This document shows positions 1 through 10,055 of a stretch of 64,000 nt of DNA, piece after piece; the stretch's first letter is position 1, and the number at the start of each line of letters is the position of its first letter. A program made the translations under genes and the position numbers. The notes beneath the pieces are model-generated. The model had not been told where the DNA came from. It did no database searches and saw only the letters and a list, made by a program, of their open reading frames with translations. Origin of the DNA: an uncultured Marinoscillum sp. (GTDB taxonomy: Bacteria > Bacteroidota > Bacteroidia > Cytophagales > MED-G16); assembly GCA_902529805.1 (NCBI GenBank), contig CABZXU010000007.1, forward strand, positions 877 through 64,876, written 5' to 3'.

Positions 1-93
1 AGATAGAGATTTTATTAGTATTTCTGGACCAATACCATTTATGTCTCCAATGCTAAATCCAATAATCGGTTTCTTCTTATTTAGTTTTTTCAT
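1..93 (-). CDS. pdxA: 4-hydroxythreonine-4-phosphate dehydrogenase PdxA, N-terminal fragment (runs off the left window edge)
   Basis: Reverse-strand ATG at 93-91, open to the edge. The translation MKKLNKKKPIIGFSIGDINGIGPEILIKSLS carries the GD..GIGPEI N-terminal motif of PdxA. Only 31 codons are visible. Confidence 0.6.
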   Translation of the reverse strand, partial: MKKLNKKKPIIGFSIGDINGIGPEILIKSLS

Positions 94-119
94 TAATTTA
101 AAGAATTAACTAAAATCAA

Positions 120-881
120 GTGAATATAATTAAATCTAAGAAAAAATTTGGTCAACATTTTTTAAAAGATTTATCTATTGCAAAAATTATTGTTCAAGAA
201 TTTGATTCCAAACATGAAATTCTTGAAATAGGACCTGGAGATGGTGTTTTAACAAACTTTTTAGTAGAACAAAAATTTGATAAGATAGTTGCAATTGATA
301 TTGATAATAGGTCAATTGAATATCTAAAAAGTAAAAAAAGATTTAGTAAAATTCATTTAATTAATAATGATATTTTAAAAATTAATTTTTCTAATTTATT
401 TAAAGATCATTTTTCAATTATTGGAAACTTACCTTATAATATTTCTAGTCAGATCTTATTTAAGATTTTAGAATATAGAGATAGAATTGGTTTGGTTGTT
501 ATTATGTTACAAAAAGAAGTAGCTGATAGAATAATTTCTTCAAGTCATTCAAAGAAATATGGTATTTTATCTGTCTTAATTCAGACATTTTTTGAAGTTA
601 GAAAGATTGTTGATGTTGAATCTAAATCATTTGATCCACCTCCTAAAGTTCAATCTTCTGTAATAAAATTAATTAGGAATGGTGTATTAAATATTGGAGT
701 TGAATTTTCTTTTTTCAAAACAGTTGTAAAATCTTCCTTTCAAAGAAGAAGAAAAATATTGAGAAATTCATTAAAAAATCTAAATTTGCAAGATAAATTT
801 CATCATGATATTTTTTCAAAAAGAGCTGAAGAATTATCTTCAGATGATTTTATTTGGCTTTCGAAATACTTAAAAAATTAA
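120..881 (+). CDS. rsmA: 16S rRNA (adenine1518/1519-N6)-dimethyltransferase RsmA/KsgA
   Basis: GTG start. Motifs KKKFGQHFLKD, EIGPGDG (SAM site) and GNLPYNISS; 253 aa. Confidence 0.9.
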   Translation: MNIIKSKKKFGQHFLKDLSIAKIIVQEFDSKHEILEIGPGDGVLTNFLVEQKFDKIVAIDIDNRSIEYLKSKKRFSKIHLINNDILKINFSNLFKDHFSIIGNLPYNISSQILFKILEYRDRIGLVVIMLQKEVADRIISSSHSKKYGILSVLIQTFFEVRKIVDVESKSFDPPPKVQSSVIKLIRNGVLNIGVEFSFFKTVVKSSFQRRRKILRNSLKNLNLQDKFHHDIFSKRAEELSSDDFIWLSKYLKN

Positions 882-885
882 TTTA

Positions 886-2253
886 ATGAAGTTTTCACTA
901 ACAAATAAGTTTAAAGAAAGGTTTTATGATGCTATTAAATCAAAAGATGAAAATTTCATATTTAATTCACTAAATGAAATAAGTCCAGCAGATATAACTA
1001 TTCTTCTTAATGAATTTAATTCAAGCGATTCAAAATATGTTTTGGATATAATTGATTCATCACTTTCATCTAAAATAATAAGTGAATTGGATCAGGATAC
1101 TAGAATCAGTTTTTTAAAAGTTTTTTCTGATGAAGAAATTGCCAAATATATTGAAAAAATGGATTCTGATGATGGTGCAGATATTCTCTCGGAATTAGAT
1201 ATTGAATTTAGAAACTCAGTAATTAGGTGTATAAAAGACAAAGAAAAATCGTTAAATCTTAAGGATTTAATTAGATATGATGATAATGTTGCTGGTGGAT
1301 TGATGGCTAAGGAATTGGTCAGATGTAATTTAAATTGGAATACTATTCAATGTATAAATCAAATTAGAAAACAAGCTGGAGAAGTTTCTAAGCTATATAG
1401 TGTTTATGTGACAGATGACTATGGTGAATTAATAGGAAAAGTTTCACTTAAAAAAATAATTATTTCTAAAGATAAAACTAAAATTAAGGAAATATATGAT
1501 GACTATGTTATTTCGGTAAATACTTCCACCAAAGCTGAAGAAGTTGTAATTATTATGCAAAAATATGCTTTAGATGCATTACCTGTTGTCAATAAAAGAG
1601 GAAAATTAGTTGGAAGAATAACTATTGATGATGTTGTTGATTATATCACAGAATCAGCTGATGAGGAAAGACAAATTATGTCTGGTATTTCGTCTGATGT
1701 TGAAGAGGATGATTCAATTTGGAAATTATCTAATGCAAGATTACCTTGGTTAGTAATTGGTATTTTTGGAGGATTTTTTGGTGCATTTTTTCTAGAATCA
1801 TTTCAAAATAATTTCATAGATAATTATAAGTTTTTTATCTCTTTGTCTTTTTTCATACCATTAATTATGGCAACTGGAGGTAATGTGGGAATCCAATCAT
1901 CATCTTTGGTTATTCAATCCCTATCAAACCCTAATGTATTTCAAGGCTCAGTTTTGACTCGTTTATTTAAAGTATCAATAATTGCAATTATCAATGGTCT
2001 TTTTTTAGCTTTAATTGTTTATTTAGGTATTAGTTTTTTAATTCCAGATAATAATAAAATTTCATTTATTGTTTCATTTTCATTATTTACAGTTGTTATA
2101 ATTTCTTCATTAATGGGAACTTTAACCCCTATAATACTTGACAAATTAGGATTTAATCCAGCATTAGCTTCTGGACCATTTATAACTACTTCAATAGATA
2201 TATTAGGTTTAGCAATATATTTCGTGGTAGCAATTTTTCTAAATAATTATTGA
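886..2253 (+). CDS. mgtE: magnesium transporter MgtE
   Basis: Acidic N-terminal domain, tandem CBS-like region, C-terminal multi-TM domain with GGNVGIQSSS; 455 aa. Confidence 0.9.
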   Translation: MKFSLTNKFKERFYDAIKSKDENFIFNSLNEISPADITILLNEFNSSDSKYVLDIIDSSLSSKIISELDQDTRISFLKVFSDEEIAKYIEKMDSDDGADILSELDIEFRNSVIRCIKDKEKSLNLKDLIRYDDNVAGGLMAKELVRCNLNWNTIQCINQIRKQAGEVSKLYSVYVTDDYGELIGKVSLKKIIISKDKTKIKEIYDDYVISVNTSTKAEEVVIIMQKYALDALPVVNKRGKLVGRITIDDVVDYITESADEERQIMSGISSDVEEDDSIWKLSNARLPWLVIGIFGGFFGAFFLESFQNNFIDNYKFFISLSFFIPLIMATGGNVGIQSSSLVIQSLSNPNVFQGSVLTRLFKVSIIAIINGLFLALIVYLGISFLIPDNNKISFIVSFSLFTVVIISSLMGTLTPIILDKLGFNPALASGPFITTSIDILGLAIYFVVAIFLNNY

Positions 2254-2300
2254 TTACTTTAACTATATTTGTTTTTATTGATTAAAAAAAATAATTTATT

Positions 2301-2774
2301 ATGTCTGATGTTTCTTATTTTACTGAGGAAGGATTATCTAAATTAAAAGATGAACTTCATTTGCTTAAAACAGTTGGCAGGAAAAAAATTGCTCAGCAAA
2401 TTGCTGAAGCTAGAGATAAAGGTGATTTGAGTGAAAATGCTGAATACGATGCTGCAAAAGAAGCACAAGGATTACATGAACTTAAAATTTCAAAATTAGA
2501 AACATCACTAAGTAATGCAAAAGTCATAGATAAAAAAAATATAGATGCTTCTAAGGTATCCATTTTATCCAAGGTTGATATAAAAAATTTACAAAATAAT
2601 ATGAAATTCACATATCAAATTGTAGCTGAAGAAGAGTCGGATTTAAAATCTGGAAAATTATCTGTAAAGTCTCCTATTGGAAGTAGTTTACTTGGTAAAA
2701 TAAAAGGTGATAGAGTATTAATAAATACTCCATCTGGAAATATAAAATTTGAAATTTTAAATATTTCACTATAG
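2301..2774 (+). CDS. greA: transcription elongation factor GreA
   Basis: 157 aa. GDLSENAEYDAAKE coiled-coil motif and C-terminal SPIGSSLLGK. Confidence 0.9.
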   Translation: MSDVSYFTEEGLSKLKDELHLLKTVGRKKIAQQIAEARDKGDLSENAEYDAAKEAQGLHELKISKLETSLSNAKVIDKKNIDASKVSILSKVDIKNLQNNMKFTYQIVAEEESDLKSGKLSVKSPIGSSLLGKIKGDRVLINTPSGNIKFEILNISL

Positions 2775-2777
2775 ATT

Positions 2778-3176
2778 ATGAGTTCTATTTTTTCTAAAAT
2801 TATTAATAGGGAAATTCCATCTTATATTATTGCTGAAAATGAAAATTTTTTAGCATTCCTTGATATTTTTCCTTTAACTAAAGGTCATACTTTGGTTATT
2901 CCTAAATTAGAAATTGATTATTATTTTGACATTCAAGATGAATTATTTAATGAGATAAATATTTTTTCTAAAAAAGTAGCAATTGGAATTGAAAAAGTAA
3001 TCCCATGTAAAAGAATTGGAGTTTCTGTAGTTGGTTTAGAAGTTCCTCATGCGCACATTCATTTAATCCCAATTAATTCTATTTCTGATATGAATTTTTC
3101 AAATCCAAAATTAGAATTAAGTAAAAATGAATTTTTATCTATTGCTGAAGAAATTAAGAAAGAAGTTAATTTATAA
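2778..3176 (+). CDS. HIT (histidine triad) family protein
   Basis: Histidine triad HAHIHLIP; 132 aa HinT-like size. Confidence 0.85.
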   Translation: MSSIFSKIINREIPSYIIAENENFLAFLDIFPLTKGHTLVIPKLEIDYYFDIQDELFNEINIFSKKVAIGIEKVIPCKRIGVSVVGLEVPHAHIHLIPINSISDMNFSNPKLELSKNEFLSIAEEIKKEVNL

Positions 3177-3714
3177 TTCTTGCTTTATTTTTTGATACAA
3201 ATTTTTTCCAAGAGGAAGATTCTTTACTTTTTAAGTTTGTCTGAAAGTGATGACATAATGCAGCTCCAAGCGCATCAGTAGCATCAAATTTATTTTTAGA
3301 TTCATGTTTAAATTTGAGAAAGTTCATAAGAAATTTTGCGAGTTGTTCTTTAGATGCATTTCCATTTCCTGTAATAGATTTTTTGATTTTTTTTGGTGCA
3401 TATTCAAATATTGGTACATCTTTTTGAAGTCCTGCTGCCATTGCAACTCCTTGTGCTCTTCCAAGTTTTAACATTGATTGAACATTTTTCCCAAAAAATG
3501 GTGATTCAATAGCTATTTCGTCTGGTTTATAATCACCAATTAGTTCAGTTACCCTAGTGAAAATTTTTTTTAACTTCATTTCATGATTTGGCTCTTTTGA
3601 TAAGGTAATTATTCCATATTGAAGTAGTTTGATTTCAGATTTAATACATTTAATTAATCCAAATCCCATAATGTTAGTTCCTGGATCAATTCCTAATATA
3701 ACCTTATCAATCAT
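3166..3714 (-). CDS. ruvC: crossover junction endodeoxyribonuclease RuvC
   Basis: ILGIDPGTNIMGFGLI N-terminus and DATDALGAALCH near the C-terminus; 182 aa. Its 3' end overlaps the convergent HIT gene by 11 nt. Confidence 0.9.
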   Translation of the reverse strand: MIDKVILGIDPGTNIMGFGLIKCIKSEIKLLQYGIITLSKEPNHEMKLKKIFTRVTELIGDYKPDEIAIESPFFGKNVQSMLKLGRAQGVAMAAGLQKDVPIFEYAPKKIKKSITGNGNASKEQLAKFLMNFLKFKHESKNKFDATDALGAALCHHFQTNLKSKESSSWKKFVSKNKARIIN

Positions 3715-3806
3715 ATTGTAATTTAATTAAAATTCAAAATTTTTCATTTTGCTCATTTAAAACTCTTTTAATAATCCTTAAATTTGATCTTATAATAATA
3801 ATTTAA

Positions 3807-4574
3807 ATGAATTTTATTGATACCCATGCTCATATATATTTTCATCAATATGAAAAAGATATTGATTCTGTAATTAATAATTCATTGGAAAATCTAGTTA
3901 ACAAAATCTTAATGCCTAACATAAATTCTTCTTCAATTAATAAATTATATAAAATTTCAGATTTATATAAAAATATTTGTTATCCAATGATAGGTCTTCA
4001 TCCCTGCTATGTTGATGAAGGCTATGAAAATGAACTTAAAAAAATTAAAAATCATTTAAATAAAAAAAAAGTAATTGCAATAGGTGAAATAGGTATTGAT
4101 TTGTATAGAGAAAAAAAATTCTTTGAACAACAATTAGATGCATTTGAAACTCAATGTTATTGGGCTTTAGAAAATAAGTTACCTGTTGTAATTCATACTA
4201 GAAATTCATTAAAAGAAACAATTAATATTATAAGTAAACCACATTTTAAAGATTTAAATGGAATTTTTCATTGTTTTGATAGTAGTTATGAAGATGCTAT
4301 GAAATTGATAGATTTAGGATTTCTAATTGGTATAGGAGGAATATTAACTTTTAAAAACTCTAATTTACGTGAAACAATATCTAAAATTGGGATAGAAAAA
4401 TTAGTTTTAGAAACAGATAGTCCTTATTTATCTCCAGAACCTTATAGAGGAAAAAGAAATGAACCAGCAAATATTTTATATATAGCAGAAATGCTACAAA
4501 AAATCACATCAATTCCATTAGCAAAAATTTCACAAATTACAACAAAAAATGCTAACGAATTATTTGATTTGTAA
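3807..4574 (+). CDS. TatD family metal-dependent hydrolase/DNase
   Basis: FIDTHAH start, GEIGIDL and ETDSPYL motifs; 255 aa. Confidence 0.85.
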   Translation: MNFIDTHAHIYFHQYEKDIDSVINNSLENLVNKILMPNINSSSINKLYKISDLYKNICYPMIGLHPCYVDEGYENELKKIKNHLNKKKVIAIGEIGIDLYREKKFFEQQLDAFETQCYWALENKLPVVIHTRNSLKETINIISKPHFKDLNGIFHCFDSSYEDAMKLIDLGFLIGIGGILTFKNSNLRETISKIGIEKLVLETDSPYLSPEPYRGKRNEPANILYIAEMLQKITSIPLAKISQITTKNANELFDL

Positions 4575-4605
4575 CATAATAATTTTAGTATAATATTTAC
4601 TATAA

Positions 4606-4696
4606 AGAGAGGTGGCCGAGTGGTCGAAGGCGCGCGCTTGGAAAGCGTGTATACGGATTAATCTTCGTATCGAGGGTTCGAATCCCTTCCTCTCTG
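4606..4696 (+). tRNA. tRNA-Ser (anticodon GGA)
   Basis: Hand-folded cloverleaf. Acceptor agagagg/cctctct; anticodon stem cgcgc/gcgtg with loop ttGGAaa; long variable arm (class II); T-arm gaggg-ttcgaat-ccctt. CCA is not encoded. Confidence 0.85.
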
Positions 4697-4804
4697 CATG
4701 ATGTGATTTAAAAAAAATTGATAATATTTTTATATTACTCTTATAAATTATATTTTTGACAAATTTGAATCAAATTAAACTTAACTAAATAATCAAAAAT
4801 TATT

Positions 4805-5644
4805 ATGAAAAAATTATTATCATTAATCCTTTTTTTATCTTTTCTCACACTCGGAAACATCACTTTTGCTCAGGATGAAGTTATTGAAGATTCAGTTGAA
4901 TCTGTTTCAGACACATCCGCAGTTGTTGAAGAAGATTTAACTTCAGAATTTGTTGAAACTAATGAAGATGAAGAAGAAGAAATTATTTTTGAAGAAGAAG
5001 AATCACAAGGTTTCCATCAAGCAATTAAAGAACAGTTTATTCAAGGTGGATGGCAATTTATGGGTATTGTACTTTTATGCCTTATACTAGGTTTAGCAGT
5101 ATCAATAGAGAGAATTATTACTTTAAATTTAGCTACTACAGATACCAAGAAGTTATTATCAGATGTTGATGATGCTTTAAAAAACAAAGGTGGTGTAAAT
5201 GCTGCTAAAGAGATATGTAAAAATACTAGAGGTCCTGTAGCTTCAATTTTTACTCAGGGTCTTATGAGAGCTTCTGAGGGAATTGATATGGTAGAAAAAT
5301 CAATTATTTCATATGGTTCTGTTGAAATGGGAAAACTTGAAAAAGGAATGGTATGGATTTCACTCTTTATATCATTGGCACCTATGCTAGGTTTCATGGG
5401 TACAGTAATTGGTATGATTGGCGCTTTTGATGCTATTGCTGAAGCAGGAGATGTTTCTCCTTCATTAGTAGCGGGTGGAATTAAAATAGCATTATTGACA
5501 ACTGTAGGTGGTCTTATAGTTGCAGTTATACTTCAGTTATTTTACAATTATCTTGTATCTAAAATAGATTCTCTTGTAAATAATATGGAGGATGCATCAA
5601 TTTCATTAGTTGATATTTTAGTTAAAAATAAACTTTCTAAGTAA
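4805..5644 (+). CDS. MotA/TolQ/ExbB proton-channel family protein with a signal peptide and an acidic N-terminal extension
   Basis: C-terminal half has the ExbB-type TM region (LAPMLGFMGTVIGMI ... GGIKIALLTTVGGLIVA). After the signal peptide the N-terminus is about 50 residues rich in D/E. Confidence 0.8.
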   Translation: MKKLLSLILFLSFLTLGNITFAQDEVIEDSVESVSDTSAVVEEDLTSEFVETNEDEEEEIIFEEEESQGFHQAIKEQFIQGGWQFMGIVLLCLILGLAVSIERIITLNLATTDTKKLLSDVDDALKNKGGVNAAKEICKNTRGPVASIFTQGLMRASEGIDMVEKSIISYGSVEMGKLEKGMVWISLFISLAPMLGFMGTVIGMIGAFDAIAEAGDVSPSLVAGGIKIALLTTVGGLIVAVILQLFYNYLVSKIDSLVNNMEDASISLVDILVKNKLSK

Positions 5645-5983
5645 ATGTTATTTTTAGATATGATTGATATTGCACTATTCTCTGCTTATGGGTTAGTTAT
5701 AGTTGGAGCTCTTTTAGCTGTTGGGTTTCCTATCTACTTATCTTCAAAGAATCCAGCAAGCTTAAAAGAATCTGCTATGGCTTTTGCAGGATTACTTATC
5801 ATGTTTTTGGTTGGTTATTTGATATCTGGAAATGAAGTATTACCTACCTACATTGAATTTGGAGTAGATGCAGGATTATCAAAATTTATTGGTGGAATGA
5901 TTATTCTTGTTTATTTATTAGCTGGTGTAGCTATTGGAGGTATAATTTATTCTGAGTTTTCTAAAACTTTCAAAAATGGCTAG
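5645..5983 (+). CDS. small integral membrane protein, function unknown, inside the ExbB/ExbD cluster
   Basis: 112 aa with three hydrophobic segments. It abuts the exbB stop and overlaps the next gene by 8 nt. No recognisable motif. Confidence 0.5.
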   Translation: MLFLDMIDIALFSAYGLVIVGALLAVGFPIYLSSKNPASLKESAMAFAGLLIMFLVGYLISGNEVLPTYIEFGVDAGLSKFIGGMIILVYLLAGVAIGGIIYSEFSKTFKNG

Positions 5984-6614
5984 AAAAAATAGACCTACTG
6001 CAGAAATCCCAAATGGATCAATGGCTGATATTGCATTTCTACTATTGATTTTCTTTTTAGTTACTACAACTATAGCAACCGATAAGGGTATTGCAATGCT
6101 ATTGCCACCTAAACCAGATCCAAATCAACCCCCTCCTGAAGTAACAAAAAATGATAGAAATATTTTTAAAATTTTGGCTAATTCTCAGGATAAATTACTT
6201 GTTGAAGATGAACCATTAACAGATGTTTTTGAATTAAAGGAAATGGTTAAAAGTTTTGTCTTAAATTTTGGAAATCCTGGAGAAGAAGGCGTTGCAATTT
6301 ACAATAGTCTTCCTTCTTCAATGAAATCATATGTTTCATTGAATGGGAGAAGAGTTGATTTTTCAGATGACCCAACAGAAGCTGTAGTTTCTTTCAAAGC
6401 TGATAGAGGTACTTCTTATGAACTTTTTGTTCAAGTTTTAGATCAAATTAATGGTGCTTATAATGATATTTATGGTTCCAGAGTTGGTATTACTGCTTCT
6501 GATTTCTTACAGCTTGATAGAGATGATCCAATTCAAAAAAGAAAATATAATAATGCTAGAGATGGTATTCCAAGAGCAATATCAATCGCAGAACCAAATA
6601 AAATAGGAGGATAA
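5976..6614 (+). CDS. ExbD/TolR family biopolymer transport protein
   Basis: N-terminal SMADIAFLLLIFFLVTT anchor typical of ExbD/TolR; 212 aa. Confidence 0.8.
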   Translation: MARKNRPTAEIPNGSMADIAFLLLIFFLVTTTIATDKGIAMLLPPKPDPNQPPPEVTKNDRNIFKILANSQDKLLVEDEPLTDVFELKEMVKSFVLNFGNPGEEGVAIYNSLPSSMKSYVSLNGRRVDFSDDPTEAVVSFKADRGTSYELFVQVLDQINGAYNDIYGSRVGITASDFLQLDRDDPIQKRKYNNARDGIPRAISIAEPNKIGG

Positions 6615-6615
6615 G

Positions 6616-7077
6616 ATGGCAAAATTTGGAAAAAAATCGAATACTTCTCAAAATATACCTACTGCTGCTTTGCCAGATATAATTTTTATGTTATTATTCT
6701 TTTTTATGGTAACAACTGTATTAAGAGAAACAGATATTTTGGTTAAACAACAATTACCTAGAGCTGTTCAACTAACGAAGTTAGAAAGGAAATCACTTGT
6801 AAGTTATATTTATATAGGAGAACCTAAACAGATTAATTTATATGGTAAAGAGCCAAAAATACAGGTAAATGATGTTTTTGTTGAAGTTTCTGATATTGTT
6901 CAATTTGTCAGTCAAGAAAAAGATAAATTAAACGAGGCCGAGAGAGACCAAATTACAATGTCAATGAAAGTTGATGTTGAATCTAAAATGGGTATAGTTT
7001 CAGATGTTCAACAAGAACTTAGAGAAGCCAATGCTAGAAAAGTTCTTTATAGTTCTATTAAGTCTGTAAATTTATAA
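6616..7077 (+). CDS. ExbD/TolR family biopolymer transport protein
   Basis: ALPDIIFMLLFFFMVTT anchor; 153 aa; second ExbD paralogue in the cluster. Confidence 0.8.
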   Translation: MAKFGKKSNTSQNIPTAALPDIIFMLLFFFMVTTVLRETDILVKQQLPRAVQLTKLERKSLVSYIYIGEPKQINLYGKEPKIQVNDVFVEVSDIVQFVSQEKDKLNEAERDQITMSMKVDVESKMGIVSDVQQELREANARKVLYSSIKSVNL

Positions 7078-7111
7078 ATTAAAAAATATAATTTTTTAAT
7101 TTATAAATCTG

Positions 7112-8389
7112 ATGATGAAAAATAATAGAGTAATTAATGCCTGGTGTATGTATGACTGGGCTAATTCGGTATACTCATTAGTAATTACTACTGCAATTTT
7201 TCCAATATATTATAATGCTGTTACAACTTCTTCTTCTGGTTCAGATTTAGTTAATTTCTTTGGAATTGAAATTGTAAACTCAGTATTATATTCTTATTCC
7301 TTATCATTTTCTTTTTTAATTCTTACTTTTTTTCAGCCTATATTATCAGGAATTGCTGATTTTTCGGGAAATAAAAAATTATTTTTAAGATTATTTATGT
7401 ATTTGGGATCATTTGCTTGTATGTCCCTATATTTTTTTGATGGTAATAATGTTGAATTTGGTATAATTTGTTCAGTTATAGCTAGCATTGGATTTACTGG
7501 AAGTTTAGTGTTTTATAATGCATTTTTACCTGAAATAGCTTCAGAAGATGATTATGATAAAATAAGTGCAAGAGGGTATACTTTTGGATATATTGGAAGT
7601 GTTATTTTATTAGTTATTTGTCTGATTTTGATTCAAATGTTTGATTTTTTTGGTTTTAAAGATTCCAAATCAGCAACAAAATTTACCTTTTTATTAGTTG
7701 GAATATGGTGGATTGTTTTTTCACAGATAACTTTATATTTTTTACCTCAAAATGCTAAAAAAATTAAACTCAATTCAAAAATTTTATCACATGGAATAAA
7801 TGAATTAATTAAAGTTTGGAATTACATTAAAAATGTTAGAAATCTTAAGCTCTATTTATTTTCTTATTTTTTTTATAGCATGGGTGTTCAAACAATTATG
7901 TTAGTTGCTTCTTATTTTGGCAGCAAGGAATTGAATTTAGATCAAGATAAACTGATATTTACAATTTTAATCATTCAGATTATTGCAATTTTTGGAGCAT
8001 ATTTTTTTGCTTATGTATCTAAAATGAAGGGAAATAAGTTTTCATTAGTTGTTATGAATATTGCATGGATATTTATTTGTTTTTCAGCTTACTTTACAAC
8101 AAATGAAAGTCAATTTTATTTTTTAGCTGCTGCAGTTGGTATTTTGATGGGAGGAATTCAATCTCTTTCTAGATCTACATTTTCTAAACTAATTCCTTCT
8201 GAAATTAACGATAACGCCTCCTTTTTTAATTTTTATGCTATTTCATATAATATTTCTGTAGTTATTGGAACATTTTCTTATGGTTATATTGAACAAATAA
8301 CTGGAAGTATGAGAACTAGTATATTAGCTTTAATGTTCTTTTTTATTATTGGATTATTAATCTTGTTATTTACAAGAATTAAAAGATAA
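7112..8389 (+). CDS. MFS transporter (UMF1/Atg22-like family)
   Basis: N-terminal NAWCMYDWANSVYSLVI motif and about 12 hydrophobic segments; 425 aa. Confidence 0.7.
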   Translation: MMKNNRVINAWCMYDWANSVYSLVITTAIFPIYYNAVTTSSSGSDLVNFFGIEIVNSVLYSYSLSFSFLILTFFQPILSGIADFSGNKKLFLRLFMYLGSFACMSLYFFDGNNVEFGIICSVIASIGFTGSLVFYNAFLPEIASEDDYDKISARGYTFGYIGSVILLVICLILIQMFDFFGFKDSKSATKFTFLLVGIWWIVFSQITLYFLPQNAKKIKLNSKILSHGINELIKVWNYIKNVRNLKLYLFSYFFYSMGVQTIMLVASYFGSKELNLDQDKLIFTILIIQIIAIFGAYFFAYVSKMKGNKFSLVVMNIAWIFICFSAYFTTNESQFYFLAAAVGILMGGIQSLSRSTFSKLIPSEINDNASFFNFYAISYNISVVIGTFSYGYIEQITGSMRTSILALMFFFIIGLLILLFTRIKR

Positions 8390-8396
8390 ATATTTA

Positions 8397-8849
8397 ATGT
8401 ATAAGCTTAATCTTCCAACTTTTGACTTTAAATTATCATCCAAAGACTCAAAAAATTTTATTTTTGATATTATTCGAAAAAAACATTACGTATTAACTCC
8501 AGAAGAGTGGGTTAGACAAAACTTAATACACTATCTAGTATTAAACTTGAATTATCCTAAATCATTAATAAAAGTTGAAGCAAAATTAAAGTATAATAAT
8601 TTAACTAAGCGAGCAGATATTTTGGTTTATGATAATAATTTTGCAATTAAATTATTGGTCGAATGTAAATCATATAAGATAAAATTGAATAAATCAGCTT
8701 TTGATCAAGCTTCTGTTTATAATAAGATCTTCAAAAGTGAATATTTAATGATTTCAAACGGAATTAATCACTTTTGTTGTAAATATGATTGGAAGAATAA
8801 AAAAATAATTTATATAGATTCTTTTCCTAAGTATAAAATCACTAAATAA
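8397..8849 (+). CDS. type I restriction enzyme HsdR N-terminal (PD-(D/E)xK-like) domain protein, stand-alone
   Basis: 150 aa. The EEWVRQNLIHYL ... KRADILVY ... LVECK pattern resembles the stand-alone HSDR_N-type domain proteins common in Bacteroidota. There are no neighbouring R-M genes. Confidence 0.6.
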   Translation: MYKLNLPTFDFKLSSKDSKNFIFDIIRKKHYVLTPEEWVRQNLIHYLVLNLNYPKSLIKVEAKLKYNNLTKRADILVYDNNFAIKLLVECKSYKIKLNKSAFDQASVYNKIFKSEYLMISNGINHFCCKYDWKNKKIIYIDSFPKYKITK

Positions 8850-9954
8850 AAGTTGATATATCAGTATATTTTAAATTAAATGCTTCAGAAACTTCTTTAT
8901 AAACTACATTATTAGAAATTATATTTAGCCCTTTTTTCAGTTCTATATTTTCTTTGCATGCTTTTTTCCATCCTTTTTCTGCTATTTCAATTATATAAGG
9001 TAGTGTTTTATTTGTTAGAGCTAGAGTTGATGTATATGGTACAGCACCAGGCATATTTGCTACACAATAATGGAGAATTCCATCAATTAAGTAAGTAGGG
9101 TTTTGGTGGGTTGTAGGTTTAGAAGTTTCAAAACATCCACCTTGATCAATTGCTATATCAACTAAAACACATCCCTTTTTCAAATCTTTCAACATTGTTT
9201 TTTTAATTAATTTTGGTGCCTTTCCACCAGTTACAAGTACTGCTCCAATAATTAGATCACTTTTAACTGCATGATTAAATAAAATATTTTTATTTGATAA
9301 AATGGCTTTAACATTTGCTGGCATTTCTTCATTTAATTTTTTGATTTTAGATTCATCAGTATCTAATATTGTTACATTTGCTTGTAGGCCAGAACACATT
9401 TTTGCTGCTTCAGTACCAGAAATTCCTCCGCCAATTATTAAAACCTTAGCTGGTAATACGTTTTCTACTCCCCCTAATAATATTCCTCTTCCACCCATAG
9501 GTTTTTCAAGATATTTAGCTCCTTCTTGAGCTGCCATTCTTCCTGCTACTTCTGACATTGGTTTTAATAAAGGAAGTACCCCATTTTCTTTTTCAACAGT
9601 TTCATAAGCTATGCATATACTTTTATTATTTAACATAGCTCTTGTAAGGTTTTCATTAGATGCAAAATGAAAATATGTAAAAACAATTTGATTTTCTTTT
9701 ATTTTATTATACTCTATTTCAATAGGTTCTTTTACTTTTAGAATCATATCGGAATTATTGTAAACTTCGTCTGATGTCTTACAAATTTCTGCTCCAGATT
9801 TTTGATACTCTTTATTTGAAAAATTACTTTCTATCCCTGCATTCTTTTCAACAATTACCTCATGGCCTTTATTAATAATTTTTTTTACTCCATTAGGAGT
9901 TATGGCTACTCTAAATTCATTGTTTTTAATTTCTTTTGGTATACCTATTTTCAT
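8842..9954 (-). CDS. ald: alanine dehydrogenase
   Basis: MKIGIPKEIKNNEFRVAITP N-terminus and a Rossmann GGGISG motif; 370 aa. Confidence 0.9.
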   Translation of the reverse strand: MKIGIPKEIKNNEFRVAITPNGVKKIINKGHEVIVEKNAGIESNFSNKEYQKSGAEICKTSDEVYNNSDMILKVKEPIEIEYNKIKENQIVFTYFHFASNENLTRAMLNNKSICIAYETVEKENGVLPLLKPMSEVAGRMAAQEGAKYLEKPMGGRGILLGGVENVLPAKVLIIGGGISGTEAAKMCSGLQANVTILDTDESKIKKLNEEMPANVKAILSNKNILFNHAVKSDLIIGAVLVTGGKAPKLIKKTMLKDLKKGCVLVDIAIDQGGCFETSKPTTHQNPTYLIDGILHYCVANMPGAVPYTSTLALTNKTLPYIIEIAEKGWKKACKENIELKKGLNIISNNVVYKEVSEAFNLKYTDISTFI

Positions 9955-10055
9955 AATTTAAATTCTTTGACAAAAATATTTATAGTTCTCATTATTAATA
10001 TAATATTTTAGTTTTTTTTATTATTTATATTTGTACTTGTATTTCTAATAATTTC

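Noticed and set aside
3748-3786. Bacteroidota -7 TAnnTTTG motifs upstream of tatD (3779-3786), exbB (4751-4758) and nqrA (48138-48145) as promoters
   Set aside because: The -7-like octamers are present, but I could not find a -33 TTG at an acceptable spacing. In DNA this AT-rich, TAnnTTTG occurs by chance often, so these were not reported as features.
7076-7102. Near-perfect palindrome aaattaaaaaat-ata-attttttaattt after the second exbD, as a terminator
   Set aside because: The stem would be A/T-only and therefore very weak, and such palindromes are frequent in this composition. The evidence is not sufficient.
8397-8849. HsdR N-terminal-domain protein as part of a restriction-modification or defence system
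   Set aside because: It is a stand-alone 150-aa nuclease-fold domain with no methylase, specificity subunit, helicase or other defence gene nearby. Its neighbours are an MFS transporter and alanine dehydrogenase.
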